Below are positions 59,001-64,000 of a stretch of DNA of 64,000 nucleotides, piece after piece. The translations under genes were made by a program, and so were the position numbers. Below the pieces are notes generated by a model. That model was not told where the DNA came from, searched no databases, and was given only the letters and a program-made list of their open reading frames with translations. Source of the stretch: the human T2T-CHM13v2.0 reference genome, Homo sapiens. The stretch is from the NCBI RefSeq assembly GCF_009914755.1, contig NC_060940.1, one strand, 5' to 3'. Positions within the stretch are counted from its first letter, which is position 1, and each line of letters opens with the position of its first letter.

Positions 59001-60255
59001 GAAAAGTGGGGATATAAACTCGGATCTGTCTACTGGGACACCCCTTATCTTCCCATGATGCACATGCAACGTCTTCCCCACTTCCACTTCATCTCTTTGG
59101 AAATTACTTTTGTCCTGCCTGACTTCAGTCTTTACAGAGTCCTTCTTTGTTTCCTGAGAGCTCAATCTATAGCCAAAGTAATGAGCCTGATCTGATTCAG
59201 CCCAAGAACTCTGGTCATTGAACTTGACTTGGTATGTCCATCATTTGTACATTTTGGATAACAGGTTATTGCTAAGAGGGAAAACCTTTAGCTGAATCCA
59301 ATACATTCACTGCAAGTGAAGCAGAAGGAAAATGCCTAATTCCGACTTGTTAGCCGCTGAACTTCTGAGAACAGAATCAGCTTAGCTGCTTGCAAATAAG
59401 CGAGCATCACAGAACTTGGTTGAGCTGGCAAGAAGGTAACAAGCTGTGTGTGAAAACCCTGGCATTAAATCTCCACAGTAAAGTTGCTTGGTACACAGGA
59501 TCAAAAGAGCTGAAAAGGGTAAGGAGACAATGAGCAAGCTCCTTTCTGCATACCCGCCCGACCTTTACCATTGGGAACACCCCAAAGAGTGTATGCTCTG
59601 GCACCTTATCAAAAAATAAGACTGTGCTTTAGATTATAATTAAAACAATAAATTCTTCTCCCCTGCGTGTATCCCGATTAGATTGTTGACACTGTGTCAA
59701 GCTGTTAGGGAGATAAACTCACGCTGCTACTTGCACTCAACATGCCGCTTATTTTTGAGTCACTCGGAGGGTGTTTTTTTTTTTTTTTTTCCTGGTGACA
59801 ACTTGGAAATAACCCATTGGAGTTTCCTTCCTTCTATTTCTCTATGAAGTTATTAACACTGATACACATGGAACTTCGGAAATGGGACAGCTTCCATCTT
59901 GGTGTTGATGTAGGTCCCAGAATGAGCCTTTTAGGAATCTGGGGAACTTATGTGTTGGTGAAAATGCCAGAGGACACATGCATCCATAGGATGCTTTAAA
60001 GTCTTCTGAAGATAGGTTGTTTAAACTGTGGCAGGAGGTCTGGGGTCAGCCTCTGAACAGGGATTTAGGAGATTCTCTGGCTCCTCACCCTTGTTTCTCC
60101 AAGCATCAAGAGCAAACTCTTTCTTTTGGGTGGATGCCACTGATGGCTGACCAAGAGTCAAGGGTGGGGAGGTTGCGAGGATCACAGGGTCCCGTCCAAA
60201 TGACCTGATTCAGGAATTTCGGGTCTTGAGCCATGGTCCCAGCAAGGCTGAGTAA

Positions 60256-60676
60256 TTTTTTTTTTTTGAGGCAGAGTCTCACTCTGTCACCCAGGCTGGA
60301 GTGCAGTGTTGCCATCTCGGCTCGCTGCAAGCTCCACCGCCCAGGTTCACACCATTTTCCTGCCTCAGCCTCCTGAGTAGCTGGGGCTACAGGTGCCCAC
60401 CACCATGCCCGGCTAATTTTTTTGAATTTTTAGTAGAGACGGGGTTTGACCGTGTTAGCCAGGATGGTCTCAATCTCCTGACCTCATGATCTACCCGACT
60501 TGGCCTCCCAAAATGCTGGGATTACAAGCGTGAGCCACCTAATTTTTTTTTTAATTCTTAGTAGAGACAGGGTTTCACCATGTCGGTCAGGCTGGTCTCG
60601 AACCCCTGACCTCATGATCTGCCCGCCTCGGCCTCCCAAAGTGCTGGGATTATAGGCGTGAGTCACCGCACCTGGC
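60256..60676 (-). mobile_element. Chimeric three-monomer Alu (AluS left arm plus AluY dimer)
   Basis: Extra left monomer 60540-60676 fused to an AluY-like dimer; single TSD ctgagtRattttt. Confidence 0.88.
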
Positions 60677-60859
60677 CCCAGCCTGAGTGATTTTTAATTC
60701 CTAAACGTATGAGGCTATGTTTGTCTCATCTTCAGACCTTTGCCTATGAGGTTTTCTCACTTGCAATGACCTTACAATGGCACTCTTTTCTTGGGCCACC
60801 TCAGCTCATCCTTCATATCTCAGCTTGCATGTGGCATCCTCCATAAAGCTTTTTAAAAT

Positions 60860-61460
60860 AATGCATATTTTATTTTGAAATAGTTTTAGATTTATTGAAA
60901 AGTTGTGATATAGCCCTGAGTTCCCATGCACCCACACTCCGTTTCCTCTCTTCTTAATGTCTCACATCATTATGGTACATTTGTCACAATGAATAAACCA
61001 CATTGAACATGGAAATTTCCCCTTTTAAATATTTTTAGTGTACAATTCAGTAGCATTAAGTATATTTATATTGTTGTGCAATTACTACCATTGATCTCCA
61101 GAACTTTTTCATCTTGTGAAACTGAAATTCTGTCCCCATTAAACACTAATTTCATCCCTCCTGCTCGCAGCCCCTGGCTACTTTCTACTTTCTGTCTCTC
61201 TGAGTTTGACTACGCTAAGTACCTCATATAAATGGAATCATACATTATTTGTCTTTTTGTGACTGGCTTATTTCTCTTAGCATAACGTCTTCAAGGTACA
61301 TTGATGTGTTCAAGGTGCTACAGCATGGGTCAGTTTTTTTTTTTTTCACTTTTAACATTGCATAATATTCCATTGTGTGTATATAACACATGTTATCTGT
61401 TCATATGTCAATGGACATTTAGGTTGTTTACACTTTTTGATTAGTGCAAATAATGTTGCT
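60860..61460 (-). mobile_element. Old L1 (L1MC and L1MB-type) 3' fragments
   Basis: tacaattcagtagcattaagtatatt...cctcatataaatggaatcataca...gactggcttatttc. Confidence 0.8.
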
Positions 61461-61469
61461 CAGAAAGCC

Positions 61470-61705
61470 TTTCTTAATCTGACTGTATACCCCAGGTGCA
61501 CCCTTGGGTCATCTCTATCATAGAACTTATCTCACAGAGTATAAGAGCTGATTTCTGTGTCTGCCTCTCACACTAGACTTCCACATCCTTAGTGCAGGTG
61601 CCCTGCCAGTAAGTTGTTCACCATTGTTTCCCTATGATGTAGAAGAGTTCCTGGTTCATGTGACATGCTCAGCAAATATTTGAAATGAGTGATTGTAGGA
61701 GGAAT
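61470..61705 (+). mobile_element. L2 3' end
   Basis: tgtctgcctctcacactagact...gctcagcaaatatttgaaatgagtga. Confidence 0.65.
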
Positions 61706-62035
61706 GAATGGATAGTTGGTTGGTTGGATGGATGGATAGAGGGATGGTTGGATGAATGAGTGGGTGGGTGGATGAGTGGATGGATGGATGGATGGATAGT
61801 TGAATGGATGGAAGAATGGTTGGATGGATGGAGGGATGGTTGGGTAGATGAGTGGGTGGATGGGTGAGTGGTAGGCAGATGAGGTGATGGATGGATGGAT
61901 GGATGGGCGGATGGATGGATGGATGGTTGGATGGTTAGGTGGGTGAATGAGTGAGTGGATAGACGGATGAGTGTACGTATGTATGTATGGTTAGATGGAA
62001 GAGTGGATGAATATATAGATGGGGGGAAAGATGAA
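61705..62035. repeat. (GGAT)n-type simple repeat
   Basis: About 330 bp degenerate array; source of the 133-aa low-complexity ORF. Confidence 0.92.
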
Positions 62036-62289
62036 TATATCCAGAGGATGAGCCCAAGCAGATTCCTCAAGGAGTAGAATTTGATTTATGCTATTGATCT
62101 CACTGGGGTGGTCATGTGATGATAAACAAGAGTTCAGGGCAAAGAAAACACACCAGGTTAAAGTAGCATTGAGCATAGAAAGAGTAGATCTCAGGGCGGG
62201 ATGGGGGAGTATAATTTGCTTTACTTTTTTTTTTTAACCTAAAAATATTTTTATTTAGTGTTTCAGTAAATTAAATCAATGACAGTCTT

Positions 62290-62760
62290 TTCCATGATCC
62301 TACTGCCAAGATAGATTTTATTGAACTTTTAAGTATAAAAATAGTGCACAGACAGATAATAATAGGAGAAAATAAGGAATAAAATGAAAATGTTCTTCCC
62401 AACCAGTCTCTCTATAAAGATAACCACAGTAACTACGTCTTGTTTATTTGCCATTATTCTTGGGGGGATTTTCTATGATTTGTGAATATGTGTCTGCCAT
62501 GCTCTTTTTTAACGAGTGCCTGTTTGTTCATTGCATAAAGTTAACACCACTTAACTGTTCCTCACTGAGGGGGACATTTAGCTTTAGGCTGTTTCCAACA
62601 GAACTGCAATCTCTTTAAAATACCTTGTGAGTATATCCATAAGGTAAATTATTTGAAGGAAAACTGCTGGGCTAATTTTTTTTAATGTACATACACTTAT
62701 ACATTTTGGTAGATGTTCCCAGATGCCCTTCCCCAAAGTTTGCACCACCTGATGTTACCA
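62290..62760 (-). mobile_element. Very old L1 (L1ME-type) fragment
   Basis: gggacatttagc...tgtttcca...ctgctggg...ttttggtagatgttcccagatgcccttccccaaagtttgcacc. Confidence 0.55.
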
Positions 62761-64000
62761 TGACTCATTTTTATTGCTGTCAGTCATTTAGTGTGGGTGA
62801 GGCACCCTTGTTAAAAGACATAAGGTTGGAGCACATAGTCCAGTTTACTTCTGAACATCAGTAGGACATTTCAAAAAAAATGAGTCCTGCTATTCCCTAA
62901 TTTATAATAAATTCTGAGAGCGGGGTGGAGATGGCTTCTTTACCCATGAGCTATGCACATTAGATCAAAAAATGGGGGAGAATCCAGAGATGTTGAACTC
63001 AAGCGTGATTTGAAATTCTGTCCATTTTCTTGCCCTCAGTGGATGTTTTTAAAGTAGAAGAGACAGGAAAGGTTAAGACTTTCAGTCTCTTTCCCTTAAG
63101 AGTGATGTGTGATTCTCTACTGTCTGGGAGCTCCAGGGCCTGACCCACAGATTGGCTGTCACTAATGCTGGGAAGAGGTGTCACTAGTTTAGCAACCCTT
63201 CATTCTATGCCATTTCCTGCTTCCATGGGTCAAATGTCAGCACCGTTCAACACGGGCTGAAGAAGCTGACAAAAAAGGTGCTTGGGACTGGATCTTTCAC
63301 AGAGTACAAATGAGGTAGTAGTGGAACAATTGGTGAACACACTTTAGTATATATTTGACACAATTTAGCTGCTATGCCTGGCATCTCTCCTTCAGCATAT
63401 CCTGCCTGGTAGTTATCATTAAAAAATCGAAGAATATATAACATGTTTATAATTTCTTCTTTTTATCCATAGTTCAAAGGGAGAAGCATAGCTTCTCTTT
63501 TAAGAGATAGAAAGATATAGACATAGACTTAGATGTATGTCATTATTCTCCTTTAGGATAAAAGGTGGCTAGGGCTTTATAAAATTTCAGTGTAAATACA
63601 TGGAGTACCATGTATTTACCAAATTACCAAATAGTAATTTGGAGGAGGGGATCTTCGTCAACAACATAAACTTGCCATTAACAGTAATACCCTCTTGCAG
63701 TGTCACACACGAGTCTTTATAACTTAACTCATTTGGAAGTCAATTCTTTCCAGTGTGGCTGAACTATAAGTCTGAAACCAGTGTTATGAAACTTGCAAAG
63801 AAAAGATTAAGTTATTCTGATATGAAAATCTTTATTTTAGAATGCGATATTTATGCAGTACACAGTGCAAATATACAACATAGCGTTTACTGTGAAACGC
63901 CTCCTTCCACTTCTGTCCCCAGCAATTCAGTTCTTCTCCTCAGAGACTGCACTGTAGCTATTTTTGAGCATTAATCCAGAGGCAGTCAATTAATAAACAA

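Noticed and set aside
61669-62070. 133-aa His/Pro/Ser-rich ORF
   Set aside because: Translation of the (GGAT)n simple repeat

Overview
Human or primate non-coding genomic DNA. It carries about 32 Alu copies plus MIR, L2, L1M/L1PA, MaLR LTRs (MLT1, THE1) and hAT MER elements. I found no recognisable protein-coding exon, and the ORF track is essentially Alu, microsatellite or chance ORFs. Between the repeats are TE-free, CpG-retaining, homeobox-motif-rich blocks (about 0.25-0.95, 10.6-17.9, 28.5-31.2, 33.2-34.9, 36.2-38.1, 42.5-43.6 and 59.1-59.8 kb) that look like conserved non-coding elements inside a very long intron, probably transcribed on the + strand. Intron 8 of FTO in the IRX3/IRX5 regulatory block is my tentative, unverified guess for the host. 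Main observations: (1) a young 85-bp inverted duplication inside an ancient L2 (44002-44086 vs 44730-44814); (2) a series of strong non-repeat hairpins; (3) several cryptic or alternative exon candidates next to CA/UG repeats or masked by hairpins; (4) a 21-nt microexon candidate; (5) a chimeric three-monomer Alu inside one target-site duplication (TSD). Repeat boundaries and subfamily calls were made by eye and are approximate.
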